A stretch of 64,000 bases of DNA from an uncultured Gemmatimonadales bacterium (GTDB lineage: Bacteria > Gemmatimonadota > Gemmatimonadetes > Gemmatimonadales > Gemmatimonadaceae): positions 2,144,001 to 2,208,000 of the forward strand of contig CAWKMU010000003.1 of assembly GCA_963850905.1 (NCBI GenBank). The letters are read 5' to 3'. Positions 1 through 10,151 of this stretch are shown here, in pieces. The notes beneath the pieces are model-generated. The model saw only the letters and a list, made by a program, of their open reading frames with translations. It did not search any database and was not told the origin of the DNA. Position 1 is the first letter of the stretch. Each line of letters opens with the position of its first letter. The position numbers and the translations under genes are program-made.

Positions 1-2
1 AT

Positions 3-1223
3 GAGCTGCGGATCGGCCGCATGCTCTTCACAGTGCTTGGCGTGGCGCCGGAACACTTCGCGGGGTTGGACGACGAAGGGCCAGTGCCGGCCATGTTCAT
101 CCCGATTTCAGCGTTTGCATGGAACGCGCGATCCCATGACAACTCGACGAATTACGATTGGGGGTGGCTCGCCCTCGTCGCGAAGCGTGCACCCGGCATC
201 AACCTTGACGTTGCCAACGCGGATCTGACGGGGGCAGTTGTGCGGAGTTGGGGCGCACAGTACGCTGCCGATCCGGGAAACAGCATCCCGGTCGAGTCGG
301 CTCGCCCACACGCGACCCTGGGGCCGGTTCAGATCAGCCGAGGGCCGGATGCAACGCCGGAGGCGGAAGTTGCAGCCTGGGTGTGGGGTGTCGCCGGCAT
401 CGTGCTGCTCATCGCATGCGCGAATGTCGCAAATCTGCTACTCGCGCGCGCCCTCACGCGGCGTCGCGAGCTCTCGCTGCGCCTCGCGCTCGGCGCGAGC
501 CGAGGCCGCCTCATGGGGCAGGTCGCGACGGAAGCCGCGATCCTTGCCCTCCTGGGTGGTGCCATCGGCATCGGCATCGCGGAGTGGGGCGGTCTGGTCA
601 TTCGTACGCTGTTCCTCGCGCCGGATGTTGTCGCGCCGGTGTTCACGGACGCGCGCACGATGGCTGTCGCATTTGGTGTCTCGCTTGTCACGGCTCTGCT
701 GGTCGGAATGGTGCCGGCGGTGTACGCCGCGCATTCCGAATGGGCTGAAGGACTCAAGTCAGGAGGACGTGGCGCGAGTGCACCGACGTCGCGCGCACGC
801 AGCGGCCTGCTGGTCTTTCAGGCGGCGTTGTCCGTCGTGTTGCTTATCGGCGCAGGCCTCTTTGTCCGCAGCCTGTACAACGTCAGGGCCCTCCGTCTGG
901 GCTACGACGCGAGCTCGCTCATCCTGGTGATGGAGAATCTGCGCGGTATGCGGCTAAGCGACTCCGGCCAGATCGCTCTCGAAAACCAACTGGCGGACGC
1001 AGCGCTCCGTCTCGTCATCGCTGGCGTGGCGTGTGGTAGCGCGCTCGCAGTGTTGTGTGGACGGCTCCTCACGCCACTGCTGTTCAACGAGTCGGCGACA
1101 GACCCAGTGGTCTATGTGACGGTCGCCGCCGCGCTCCTGGCCGTGGCGGCTGTGGCGTGCACCCTGCCAGCGCTGCGCGCTGTGCGAGTCGATCCGAATA
1201 CCGCATTGCGAACGGACGGCTAG
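3..1223 (+). CDS. ADOP/MacB-FtsX family ABC permease, 5' truncated by the window edge, with an apparent in-frame internal deletion
   Basis: Frame is open from position 3. Motifs VLLIACANVANLLLAR..RRRELSLRLALGASRGR, QAALSVVLLIGAGLFVRSL and C-terminal PALRAVRVDPNTALR. The second periplasmic domain and part of the second FtsX domain are missing near 1010. Confidence 0.85.
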   Translation, partial: ELRIGRMLFTVLGVAPEHFAGLDDEGPVPAMFIPISAFAWNARSHDNSTNYDWGWLALVAKRAPGINLDVANADLTGAVVRSWGAQYAADPGNSIPVESARPHATLGPVQISRGPDATPEAEVAAWVWGVAGIVLLIACANVANLLLARALTRRRELSLRLALGASRGRLMGQVATEAAILALLGGAIGIGIAEWGGLVIRTLFLAPDVVAPVFTDARTMAVAFGVSLVTALLVGMVPAVYAAHSEWAEGLKSGGRGASAPTSRARSGLLVFQAALSVVLLIGAGLFVRSLYNVRALRLGYDASSLILVMENLRGMRLSDSGQIALENQLADAALRLVIAGVACGSALAVLCGRLLTPLLFNESATDPVVYVTVAAALLAVAAVACTLPALRAVRVDPNTALRTDG

Positions 1224-1274
1224 CGGGTCTTCAAATCGTTCGCCGCACCGGAGATCGAGTTCGAGGTGACGACC

Positions 1275-2225
1275 TTACCTCGAGCGCGCCTCTTCTTCGA
1301 GCACCACGCCGCGTAGCGGTGTCCCAAGCGCGTCGATGATCGACTGGGTTACCGGCGGATCCAGAGGAAGCGAGGGATCGATGTAGACGGTCTGGATCTG
1401 CTGCTCGCGCGACATCTGATCCGCTGCCTTGAGCACGTGACTCATCCCGGGCACCACGATGAGCCTTGCGCCGGGATGCGCTGCCGCGAGTGCTTGCCCC
1501 TGGTCGACAGACACCTGGATGTCTGCGGTCCCCTGGACGACCGTGACCGCGGACCGAACTTTGGCGATTTCGATCCGTGGGTCGTATCGAAACCAGGACA
1601 TGAGGTACGGCTGGATCGAAGGGCGGTACAGCACGGCGAGCGCCGGAGGGACGTCCGGGTCGATCCGACGCGCGATGAGCGACTCGAGAATCCGGGTATT
1701 CGCGGCATCGAGTTCGGGCACCGCCGCGAGCTGCGCTGCAAGTTGTATCCGGAGAACGTCCACGGCCGGATAGCCGGCACCAGCGAGAGAAACAAACGCC
1801 TCGACCGGAACGCGCTGAGCGGCGATCATGCCGACCAACGACCCTTCGCTGTGGCCCGCGATCGCGAGCCGGTTGAACCGCCCGTCGCCGCGCAGCTTGG
1901 TCACCCATGCGGCGGCATCCGCAATGTAGTCATCGAAGCGCAGGCTCGACTCGGATTGCATGGCCGCCGCGCTGGCGCCGATCGCACGCTTGTCGTAGCG
2001 AAGCGACGCGATACCGTGCGCAGCGAGTCCCTGCGCGAGCAGCCGATACGCGTCGGTCCGGAGATGCGGCTGAGTGTTCCCATCCCGGTCGACGGGTCCC
2101 GAGCCGGCGATGATGAGCACAACAGATAGCGGGCCCCTTGTGTCCGTGGGACACAGGAGCGTGCCCGCGATCGTCCCCGTCGGTGTCTCCAGGTCGAGTG
2201 GCCGTTCCTCAGTGCGTGTCGGCAT
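1275..2225 (-). CDS. Alpha/beta hydrolase (serine aminopeptidase S33-like)
   Basis: IIAGSGPVDRDGN, LRYDKR, nucleophile GHSEG, QGTADIQV, MSHVLK (Ser-Asp-His triad). Confidence 0.9.
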   Translation of the reverse strand: MPTRTEERPLDLETPTGTIAGTLLCPTDTRGPLSVVLIIAGSGPVDRDGNTQPHLRTDAYRLLAQGLAAHGIASLRYDKRAIGASAAAMQSESSLRFDDYIADAAAWVTKLRGDGRFNRLAIAGHSEGSLVGMIAAQRVPVEAFVSLAGAGYPAVDVLRIQLAAQLAAVPELDAANTRILESLIARRIDPDVPPALAVLYRPSIQPYLMSWFRYDPRIEIAKVRSAVTVVQGTADIQVSVDQGQALAAAHPGARLIVVPGMSHVLKAADQMSREQQIQTVYIDPSLPLDPPVTQSIIDALGTPLRGVVLEEEARSR

Positions 2226-2230
2226 ATCGG

Positions 2231-2256
2231 GTTAGACGCTAGACGTTAGACGTTAG
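2231..2256. repeat. Heptamer tandem repeat (GTTAGAC/GCTAGAC, about 3.7 copies)
   Basis: gttagac gctagac gttagac gttag in the intergenic gap. Confidence 0.8.
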
Positions 2257-2266
2257 GGGGCTGCGG

Positions 2267-3340
2267 TCACTGGCTTACTGGCTCCAACACCAGCTTCTGC
2301 ACCCGCCAGTTGAGCAGCTCTGCGACATACAGCGTGTTCTCTGTCGGGCAGGCGATCTCGTGGATCCACCCGAACTGCTTGGGTTGTTTGCCAGACTTGC
2401 CCAGCATCCCGAGCACCTTTCCGTCGAGTGTCAGCTTGTAGATGCGACCCGGAAACGCGTCCGAGACGTAGAGGACTTGCTTCGGACCTGGCGTAATGCA
2501 GATCGCCCACGGCGCTCCTGGTGCCATCGCGCCGGTGGTTGCGGTCGGCATGTTCCCGATGGCCGGGCGCGCACCCGGTGGAGCAGGGATGTCGATCGTC
2601 ATTTGACGGAGGAAGCGGCCGTCGCCATCAAAGACCTGGATCCGCCGGTTGCCTCGATCGGCCACGTAGACGTGACCCTGCAGGTCAGTCGCGATGCTGT
2701 GGGGCGTGCTGAACTGACCGGGTCCCGCTCCCGGCTCACCCCACGACTTCACCCAGTCGCCGTTCCTGTCGACTTTGGCGATTCGCGAGTTGATGTAGCC
2801 ATCACCGATATAGGTGTTGCCGGCGGTATCCCAGGCCACGTCGGTCACCTGCCGGAAGTAGCCATCGACCGGAGGCAGCGGCGGACTGACGTGCTTCAGT
2901 GGGCCTGTGCCCTCGTCCGACGCCTCCTGCTTGCGACCAAAGACCATCTGGACGCGGCCCGCGGCGTTGAACTCGATGACCATGTCCGATCCCTTGTCGG
3001 TCACCCAAATGTTGTCCTGAGGATCGATTTTCACCGTGTGGGCGAACGACCAGGCGTAGAGGTTGTGGCCAATCTCGCGCACGAAATTTCCAAATGCATC
3101 GAACTCGAGCAGCTGCGTGGCAGCGGCTCCGTACGCCGGCCCCGTCGTGTTCCCGCGTGACAGGACGAATAGGTGCCCTTTGGAGTTGATGGCGACCCCG
3201 GATACCTCTCCCAGATACGAATTGGCGGGCAGCTTCAGAAAATCCGCCACTGATCGGTACGGGATGTCATCCGCCTGCTGCGCGCGTGCGTTCCCCGGCC
3301 ATGCGACCAAGACCGACAGGGCTACGAGTCCGCGTTTCAT
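2267..3340 (-). CDS. NHL-repeat protein, peptidyl-alpha-hydroxyglycine alpha-amidating lyase-like, secreted (357 aa)
   Basis: Likely start ATG 3340 (MKRGLVALSVL..ARA|QQ signal peptide). NHL repeats such as GQFSTPHSIATDLQGHVYVADRGNRRIQVFD. The longer ORF to 4129 overlaps solA. Confidence 0.88.
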   Translation of the reverse strand: MKRGLVALSVLVAWPGNARAQQADDIPYRSVADFLKLPANSYLGEVSGVAINSKGHLFVLSRGNTTGPAYGAAATQLLEFDAFGNFVREIGHNLYAWSFAHTVKIDPQDNIWVTDKGSDMVIEFNAAGRVQMVFGRKQEASDEGTGPLKHVSPPLPPVDGYFRQVTDVAWDTAGNTYIGDGYINSRIAKVDRNGDWVKSWGEPGAGPGQFSTPHSIATDLQGHVYVADRGNRRIQVFDGDGRFLRQMTIDIPAPPGARPAIGNMPTATTGAMAPGAPWAICITPGPKQVLYVSDAFPGRIYKLTLDGKVLGMLGKSGKQPKQFGWIHEIACPTENTLYVAELLNWRVQKLVLEPVSQ

Positions 3341-3374
3341 CCAGCCCCCTGACTCGGGTGAGATCCGCCGGCCG

Positions 3375-4548
3375 TCAATGTACGCCCGCGGACCGGTCTG
3401 CCGCACCGCTCGCAAATCGAGCGAGTTGGAACATCTCGACATCATGGCGACTGTGACCAGATTCCACGAGGTCCGCCATGATCTCGCCGACGACGCTGCA
3501 GAATTTGTAGCCGTGCCCCGAGAACCCCGCAGCGATGCACACGCTGGGATGCTCCGGAAGCACGTCGATGACGAAGTGCTCATCGGGGCTGTTGGTGAAC
3601 ATACACGCTGCGAGAGCGAGTGTCGGGCCCGCGGCGAGCGGGAAGTATCGCTCGACGCACGAGCGCACCGCGGCCTCGTCGCGCGGCCCGCATGTCCGGT
3701 CCAGCGTATCGGGGTCCACGGTTTCGCGGAGGTGGTGCCACCGCCCCACCTTGAGCCCCGGAATCCCTTCCATCGGCACGCCGTAAAACGTGCCCTCGGC
3801 AACGCGCATGTTGAACACGGGGAAGCGGGTCGGCACAAACAGCGCCGGCTCGAGAGGGGCGAACCAACCAACGACCTGCCGCTCGGGCACGGCCAGGGGA
3901 CGCAGCCTGGCAACCAGCTGACTGGCCCACGCCCCGGCTGTGATGGCCAGTCGCTGTGTCTCGTACGTTCGGTGCTGGGTCGTGACCCGGATGGCATCGC
4001 CGCGAGCCTCCCACGACAAGACACGTTCGCCGGTGTGAAGCGCGGCCCCCGCTCGCGTGGCCGCGGACGCGTGGGCGACAATGCTGCGCTCCGACAGGAG
4101 GTAGCCACCGTCAGGCTGAAAGACGGCACATGCGTCGTCAGGAAGGGAATAACCGGGAAATCGCTCGTGAACTTCTCGAGCCGTCAAGATCTCGTGTGGG
4201 AGGGCGTGCAGCTCGCACGCCTCGCGCGAGCCCTCGTACAACTGACCTCCCGACTTGTCAATGTCCACTGACCCCGTGACATGAAGCAGCTGCTCGCCAG
4301 TCGCCTGACCGAGCTCGCGCCAGAGAGCATACGCCCGTCGCAAGAGGGGGACGTAGGACGGGTGCTCGAAATACGCGAGCCGGATGATTCGCGTGATCCC
4401 ATGGGATGAGCCCAGTTCGTGAGGGATCGTGAACTGCTCGAGCCCGAGTACCCGATGCCCTCGCGATGCGAGAATGATACAGCGTGGCGCTTCCCATTCC
4501 TCCCACGCCGACGACAATCGTGTCGAAACGCGTGTCAGTTCCGGTCAT
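3375..4548 (-). CDS. solA: N-methyl-L-tryptophan oxidase / monomeric sarcosine oxidase (one frameshift near 4472)
   Basis: N-terminus FDTIVVGVGGMGSATLYH in ORF 4258-4548 continues in another frame as LASRGHRVLGLEQF..GSSHGITRIIRLAYFE..CMFTNSPD..GFSGHGYKF. Confidence 0.88.
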
Positions 4549-4654
4549 CTACCGCCCCTGGGTGCGCGGTCGCCGTCCGCTGTGGGCGGATTAGATTGCC
4601 TCTGCATCTGGATCCCTGCCATTGGCGTCGACCACGACTCGAGGAGGCGGCACT

Positions 4655-5575
4655 ATCGATACGATACTGGGCGCCGGTGGCGCCATCGGCAACGCCTTGG
4701 CGAAGCTGCTTGCGTCCCGGTCACAGCCGTTCAGGCTCGTCGGCCGCAACCCGTCGACACGGGCGGGAGCCGCGGAGACGGTCAGCGCCGATATGGCCGA
4801 CCGCGAGCAGGCACTGCGTGCCGTGGCCGGGTCGCGCGTGGTGTATCTGCTGGTTGGCCTCCAGTACGACCACAAGGCGTGGTCAGAGCAATGGCCGCGG
4901 ATCATGGCGAATACGATCGAGGCCTGCAAGCGCGCTGGCGCCAAGCTTCTGTTTTTCGACAACGTCTACATGTACGGGAAGGTCGACGGGCCGATGACGG
5001 AGGAAACGCCCTTCAACCCGTGCAGCAAGAAAGGCGAGATTCGCGCAGCGATTGCCACGGCGTTGATCGGTGAGTGGCAGGCGGGTGCTCTGACCGGGAT
5101 GATCGCCAGGGCCGCCGATTTCTACGGACCCGATGCGCGCAACGGCGTCCCGAACGTCCTCGTGTTTGCGCCATTTTCCAAGAAACGCAAGGCGTCATGG
5201 CTCATCAACGATGCGGTGCCACACTCGTATACCTATACGGTCGATGCCGCCTACAGCATCGCTGCTCTCGCGGAGCGCGAGTCTGCCTGGAATCAGACAT
5301 GGCACGTGCCCACGACGCCCAATCCTCCGACCGGGCGAGAGTTCATTGCCCTGTGCGCACGTGCGTTCGGCGTGCCGCCAAGGTATCGGGTACTGAGTAG
5401 ACCGCTGCTCCGCCTGGCAGGCCTATTCGTGCCGAATGTCCGAGAGTCGTACGAGATGCTCTATCAGAGCGAGGGCCCGTATTTGTTCGACTCGTCGAAG
5501 TTCGCCCGTGCATTTGGCTTCTCCGGCACCCCATTCGCCGACGGCATTGTCGCGACAGCTGCAACGTTCGACTAG
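4655..5575 (+). CDS. NAD-dependent epimerase/dehydratase (atypical SDR)
   Basis: TILGAGGAIG Rossmann motif, DNVYMYG, RAADFYGP. SD GAGGAGG at 4641-4647 precedes ATC at 4655; alternative start TTG 4622. Confidence 0.88.
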   Translation: MDTILGAGGAIGNALAKLLASRSQPFRLVGRNPSTRAGAAETVSADMADREQALRAVAGSRVVYLLVGLQYDHKAWSEQWPRIMANTIEACKRAGAKLLFFDNVYMYGKVDGPMTEETPFNPCSKKGEIRAAIATALIGEWQAGALTGMIARAADFYGPDARNGVPNVLVFAPFSKKRKASWLINDAVPHSYTYTVDAAYSIAALAERESAWNQTWHVPTTPNPPTGREFIALCARAFGVPPRYRVLSRPLLRLAGLFVPNVRESYEMLYQSEGPYLFDSSKFARAFGFSGTPFADGIVATAATFD

Positions 5576-6911
5576 CCACCTGACACTGTGGCCGCTCATC
5601 GCGGCCACGTTCTTCATGGTGTCGGGCGGCACCTATGGCACCGAAGACATCGTGCAGGGTGCGGGGTACAGCCGCGCGATCCTCATTCTCCTGCTCACGC
5701 CGGTGGTGTGGAGTCTGCCGACCGCGTTCATGATCGGCGAGTTGGCTAGCGCGCTGCCCAAGGAAGGCGGCTACTACGCCTGGACCCATCGTGCGCTCGG
5801 CAGGTTCTGGGGATTTCAGGAAGCGTGGCTGTCGCTCACGGCCTCGGTCTTCGACATGGCGATCTACCCGACGCTCTTCGTGGCCTATCTCGCGCGCCTC
5901 TTCCCGTGGTTCGCGCAACCGAGTCACGGTTGGCTCATGGCGTTCGCGGTGGTCGTCGCGTGCTGCGCGCTGAACATCGCCGGTGTAAAAGCCGTCTCGC
6001 TCACGTCGTTTTGGATGTTCCTCGCTCTGTCGGCTCCGTTTGTTGGAATCGTGTTGCTCGCACCGTTCAAGGTCGGCGCGCTCGCGTCCGTCGCCACGAG
6101 GCCGACCACCGCGAGCGTCGACATCGTGGGGGGGCTGCTCATCTGCATGTGGAACTACATGGGTTGGGACAACGCATCGACGATCGCGACCGAAGTCGAT
6201 CGCCCGCAGCGGACCTACCCTCGGGCGGTTTTGCTCGCCGTAGGAATCGTCGCGCTCAGTTATGTGCTCCCCGTCGGGGCAATGTGGGTCACCGGTCTCC
6301 CCGCATCGGCCTGGGAAACGGGTTTTTGGGCCGACGTCGCCGGCATGCTCGGCGGACCGGGCCTTCGCCTTGGCCTCATCGTCGGCGGCATGATCAGTGG
6401 GTTTGGGATGTTCAATGCGCTCGTCATGAGTTATTCCCGCCTCCCGCTCGCCATGGCCGAAGATGGGATGCTCCCACAGGCGTTCGGGAAACTCACGCGG
6501 CATGCGCGCGCGCCGTGGGTGGCCATCCTGTTTCTGGGCGGGTGTTGGGCCCTCTGCTTGGGGCTCGGATTCGAGCGACTGGTCACGCTCGACATTCTGG
6601 TCTACGGCGCGAGCCTGGTCCTCGAGTTCGTGGCGCTCATTGTCCTGCGCATCAAGGAGCCGGAATTGCACCGGCCATTCCGGGTCCCTGGCGGCCTGAC
6701 GGGCGCCATCGTGGCGGGCGTCTTGCCCACCGTACTGCTCGCATTCTCGATTATTCGAGGCGAACATGAGACAGTCCTCGGCATGAGCTCGGCCACCTTC
6801 GGCTTGATCCTGATCGCACTGGGCGGGGCGGCCTATGTGATCAACTACCGCCTCAGGCCACAGGGGTGGAGCGTCTCTGTCGAGCCGCCGCCCTCGGAGG
6901 CCGCTGCCTGA
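5547..6911 (+). CDS. APC family amino acid/polyamine permease
   Basis: FFMVSGGTYGTED, ELASALPKEGGYY, WNYMGWD, SRLPLAMAEDG, RPFRVPGG, multiple TM segments. Start uncertain (TTG 5547, CTG 5580 or ATG 5616). Confidence 0.88.
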   Translation: MSRQLQRSTSHLTLWPLIAATFFMVSGGTYGTEDIVQGAGYSRAILILLLTPVVWSLPTAFMIGELASALPKEGGYYAWTHRALGRFWGFQEAWLSLTASVFDMAIYPTLFVAYLARLFPWFAQPSHGWLMAFAVVVACCALNIAGVKAVSLTSFWMFLALSAPFVGIVLLAPFKVGALASVATRPTTASVDIVGGLLICMWNYMGWDNASTIATEVDRPQRTYPRAVLLAVGIVALSYVLPVGAMWVTGLPASAWETGFWADVAGMLGGPGLRLGLIVGGMISGFGMFNALVMSYSRLPLAMAEDGMLPQAFGKLTRHARAPWVAILFLGGCWALCLGLGFERLVTLDILVYGASLVLEFVALIVLRIKEPELHRPFRVPGGLTGAIVAGVLPTVLLAFSIIRGEHETVLGMSSATFGLILIALGGAAYVINYRLRPQGWSVSVEPPPSEAAA

Positions 6912-6964
6912 CGCCGTGTGCGTCGCTCGTATCATTCACTACGACACCAGGCCGATTACCCCGC

Positions 6965-9900
6965 ATGATCGTCGAGCACACCGTGGTCTGCCCCGTTCTC
7001 ATCGGGCGCGCTGGGCCGCTGGCAACAGCGTTCCAGACGCTCGATCACGCTCGCGCGGCGCACGGCGCGACGGTGCTGGTGTCGGGCGAAGCCGGGATCG
7101 GCAAGTCGCGTCTCGTGCGGGCCATGGTCGAGCGGGCTCGGGATCTCGGCTTCGTCACCCTGCAGGGCGCATGCTTCGAGGCTGACCGTGCCCATCCGTA
7201 CGGGCCCGTCTTGGATCTCGTGCGGGTGCTGTCAACGACCATCTCGCCCGCCGTCGCCGCGCACTACTTCGCCCCAGCGGCCGTGGAGCTGGTGACCTTG
7301 TTTCCGGAGCTCGGTGCCATTTTCCCCGACACAGCACCCCGTCACGTGCTGGACCCCGAGGAAGCCAGGCGCCGGCTGTTCCACGTCATGACGGAGGCCG
7401 TGCATGCACTCGGCCGTGTGCAGCCGCTCGTGGTTGTCATCGAGGACGTGCATTGGAGCGATGATGCGACGCTCGATCTCTTACTGCACCTCGCCCGGAG
7501 GATCGGCTCGCAAGCCATCGCGCTCGTCCTCACCTTCCGGAGCGATGAGCTCGGGCCGCGACTCGCGCGCCTCCTGGCGGATCTCGATCGTGCGCGCTGC
7601 GCGTCCGAGATTGACCTGCGTCCACTCGCCCCGTCCAATGTCGCGGCAATGCTCCAGGCCATCTTCGGTTCGGACGCCGCGTTCGGCGCGTCGTTCATCG
7701 ACGGCTTGCATGGCCTGACCGAGGGCAATCCATTCTTCGTCGAGGAGGTGCTCAAAGGACTGCTGGTCGTCGGCGATCTCGAGCGCGCGGACGGCGCGTG
7801 GCGCGTCAAACCGCTCGAGCACGTGCATGTTCCCCGGACGTCCACCGAGGCAGTAGGACGCCGGCTTGCCGGACTGAGTCAGGCGGCCAGGCGCGTCGCC
7901 GAGGTGGCCGCGGTAGCGGGTCGTCGATTCGACTTCACGCTCCTCCAGTCGCTCACGGAACACGACGAGCGCGAGCTGCTATCGCTGGTCAAGGAGCTGG
8001 TCGACGCCCAGGTCGTCGCGGAAGAATCGGCGGACCGCTTCGCCTTCCGCCATGCGCTGACGCGTGAGGCGATACGCGCGCGCTTGCTCGCGCGCGAGCG
8101 TGTGGCGTTGCATCGCGCGATTGCCACGAGGCTCGAGCAACGGTACGACGAGAATGCGGGCCAGCTCGACGACGCGCTAGCGTATCACATGTTCGAGGCC
8201 GGCGCCTGGGATTCCGCGCGGCGTTACGCGCTCCGGGCGGCGGAGCATGCGCTGGCGCTCTGCGCCCCGCGCGAGGCGCTGCAACAGCTCGAGCGCGCGG
8301 TGGTCGCAACGGAGCGCTCCGGAAGCCGTGCCGACGCAGCGTCGTTGATCGCGCGTGGCCGCGCCCACGAGACACTGGGCGCATTTTCACACGCCAACGA
8401 CGACTTCGCCGCCGCGTTGGCCACAGCCCGCGAGTCGGGCGATCGTCGGGCGCAGTGGCAGGCGCTGCACGCGTTGGGGATGTTATGGGCGGCCCGCGAC
8501 TACGTGCGCGCAGGGCAGCACCGACGCGACGCTCTCGATCTCGCCCGGTCTATCGACGACCCCTCGCTCATTGCCCACAGCCTGAACCGAGTCGGGAACT
8601 GGTACGTCAATCGTGAAGTCCCGCACGCTGGTATCCCGTTTCATGATGAAGCGCTGGCGATCTTTGAGCGAGTCGAGGACAAGCGTGGCGTCGCGGAGAC
8701 CGTCGACTTGCTCGCAATGGCGCACCATATCGCGGGCATGCAGGGCTCGGCTGTCCATCTGTACGAGCGCTCGGTCATGCTCTTTCGCGATCTCGACGAT
8801 CGCCGGGGGTTGGCCAACGCGTTGAGTGCGGTGTCGGTGTGCGGTCCGAGTCATCACGCGTCGCCCGGCCCCGTGCTGACCAGCATGCATTCGGCGGATC
8901 TCCTGGCCAATGAGCGCCCCATTCGGATCGCGACCGAGATCGGCTGGCGGGCAGGTGAGGCGTTCACACGATTCCTGATTGCCGACAGCTTGTCGTGGCG
9001 AGGCGAGTACAAGCGCGCGCGCCGGCTAGCTCACGAGGCGCTCGCCATCGCTCAGGAGATGGAGCATCTCGAATGGCAGTGCGGCGCTCGCCGCCTCCTG
9101 GGTACCATTGCGTTGGATCTGTGCGCGCCGTCGGACGCCGTCGCCCACCTCGAGACGGCGCATGAGATCGCCCGGCGGCTCGGGTCGGCCACCTGGACTC
9201 GCTGGACCGGCGCACCGTTGGCGATCGCCCTGGTGCGGGTTGGGCGTGTCGACCGCGCGATCGCCGTTCTCGATGACGTCGACCGCATCGTCCCGGCGTC
9301 GACGTCGGGCGAGGCCGAGCCGGAGAGCGTGCGACGGACGCTGGGCGAGCGATATCTCGCGCTCGCGCGAGCGGAAATCGCCATGGCGCGTGGGCTGCCT
9401 GCGGAGGCGGCAGGCGCCATCGACGATCGGGACATCGCAGGCACTCCGCGCGCCGGTCTCCTCCGGGCTCAAGCGATGGCAGCGCTGGAGCGCTGGAGTG
9501 AAGCAGCGACCACCTTGAACGAGGCGCGTGACGAGGCCCGTCGGCAACACGCTCGTCCGTTGCTCTGGCGCATCGACGCGGCGCAAGGATCCGTGCACCT
9601 GGGCGAGAGACGCCGCATCGAGGCGCGCCGATCCTTCGATTCCGCCCGGGCCATCGCAGCCGAGCTCGCCGCGGAACTCGAAGAACCGGACGCCATAGCC
9701 AGCTTCTGGGCCGGTGTCGACCGCGCCGCGCCGCCGCCCCCCGCGCCGACGAAACGTCAGGCCACCAAGGCGGCGTTTGGGGGCCTCACCCGGCGGGAAC
9801 GCGACACCGCGGCACTGGTTGCGCAGGGGAAGTCCAATCGCGACGCCGCTCGCATTCTTGGCATCGGCGAACGCACGGTGGAGGGCTACGTTGCGGCCGC

Positions 9901-10003
9901 ACTGTCCAAACTCGGTTTCTCTTCCCGCTCGCAGATCGCGGTCTGGGCGGCGGAGCAGGGGTTGGTGCCGAAGGCTGCCGTCACGGGGAAGCTGCACCGC
10001 TAG
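6965..10003 (+). CDS. STAND-type AAA ATPase-TPR-LuxR HTH transcriptional regulator (1012 aa)
   Basis: Walker A GEAGIGKS, Walker B VVIEDVHWSD, GNPFF, FRHAL, TPR-like helices, C-terminal LTRRERDTAALVAQGKSN..IGERTVE..KLG LuxR HTH. Confidence 0.92.
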   Translation: MIVEHTVVCPVLIGRAGPLATAFQTLDHARAAHGATVLVSGEAGIGKSRLVRAMVERARDLGFVTLQGACFEADRAHPYGPVLDLVRVLSTTISPAVAAHYFAPAAVELVTLFPELGAIFPDTAPRHVLDPEEARRRLFHVMTEAVHALGRVQPLVVVIEDVHWSDDATLDLLLHLARRIGSQAIALVLTFRSDELGPRLARLLADLDRARCASEIDLRPLAPSNVAAMLQAIFGSDAAFGASFIDGLHGLTEGNPFFVEEVLKGLLVVGDLERADGAWRVKPLEHVHVPRTSTEAVGRRLAGLSQAARRVAEVAAVAGRRFDFTLLQSLTEHDERELLSLVKELVDAQVVAEESADRFAFRHALTREAIRARLLARERVALHRAIATRLEQRYDENAGQLDDALAYHMFEAGAWDSARRYALRAAEHALALCAPREALQQLERAVVATERSGSRADAASLIARGRAHETLGAFSHANDDFAAALATARESGDRRAQWQALHALGMLWAARDYVRAGQHRRDALDLARSIDDPSLIAHSLNRVGNWYVNREVPHAGIPFHDEALAIFERVEDKRGVAETVDLLAMAHHIAGMQGSAVHLYERSVMLFRDLDDRRGLANALSAVSVCGPSHHASPGPVLTSMHSADLLANERPIRIATEIGWRAGEAFTRFLIADSLSWRGEYKRARRLAHEALAIAQEMEHLEWQCGARRLLGTIALDLCAPSDAVAHLETAHEIARRLGSATWTRWTGAPLAIALVRVGRVDRAIAVLDDVDRIVPASTSGEAEPESVRRTLGERYLALARAEIAMARGLPAEAAGAIDDRDIAGTPRAGLLRAQAMAALERWSEAATTLNEARDEARRQHARPLLWRIDAAQGSVHLGERRRIEARRSFDSARAIAAELAAELEEPDAIASFWAGVDRAAPPPPAPTKRQATKAAFGGLTRRERDTAALVAQGKSNRDAARILGIGERTVEGYVAAALSKLGFSSRSQIAVWAAEQGLVPKAAVTGKLHR

Positions 10004-10013
10004 GCGGCTGAGG

Positions 10014-10068
10014 TCCCCGTACACGAATTTGATTTCCCCGTACTCTTCACGGGGTTCGCGTGCCCCGT
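10014..10068 (+). promoter_or_regulatory. Putative operator array of CCCCGT half-sites
   Basis: TCCCCGTAC at 10014-10022 and 10035-10043 (21-bp period); inverted repeat CCCCGT-N7-ACGGGG at 10036-10054; another CCCCGT at 10063-10068. Confidence 0.5.
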
Positions 10069-10151
10069 CCGCCCTATCCTGTTGCTCACAGACGCCGGCC
10101 GGATGTCACCGGACGGATGCTTCCACGAGCCAGATACGGGAGACCATCGAC

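Noticed and set aside
5343..6935. Long antisense or alternate-frame ORFs (also 37836-39740, 43127-44791, 49174-50700, 59013-60200, 26475-27803)
   Set aside because: Shadow ORFs of high-GC genes; Arg/Pro/Gly-rich with no motifs.
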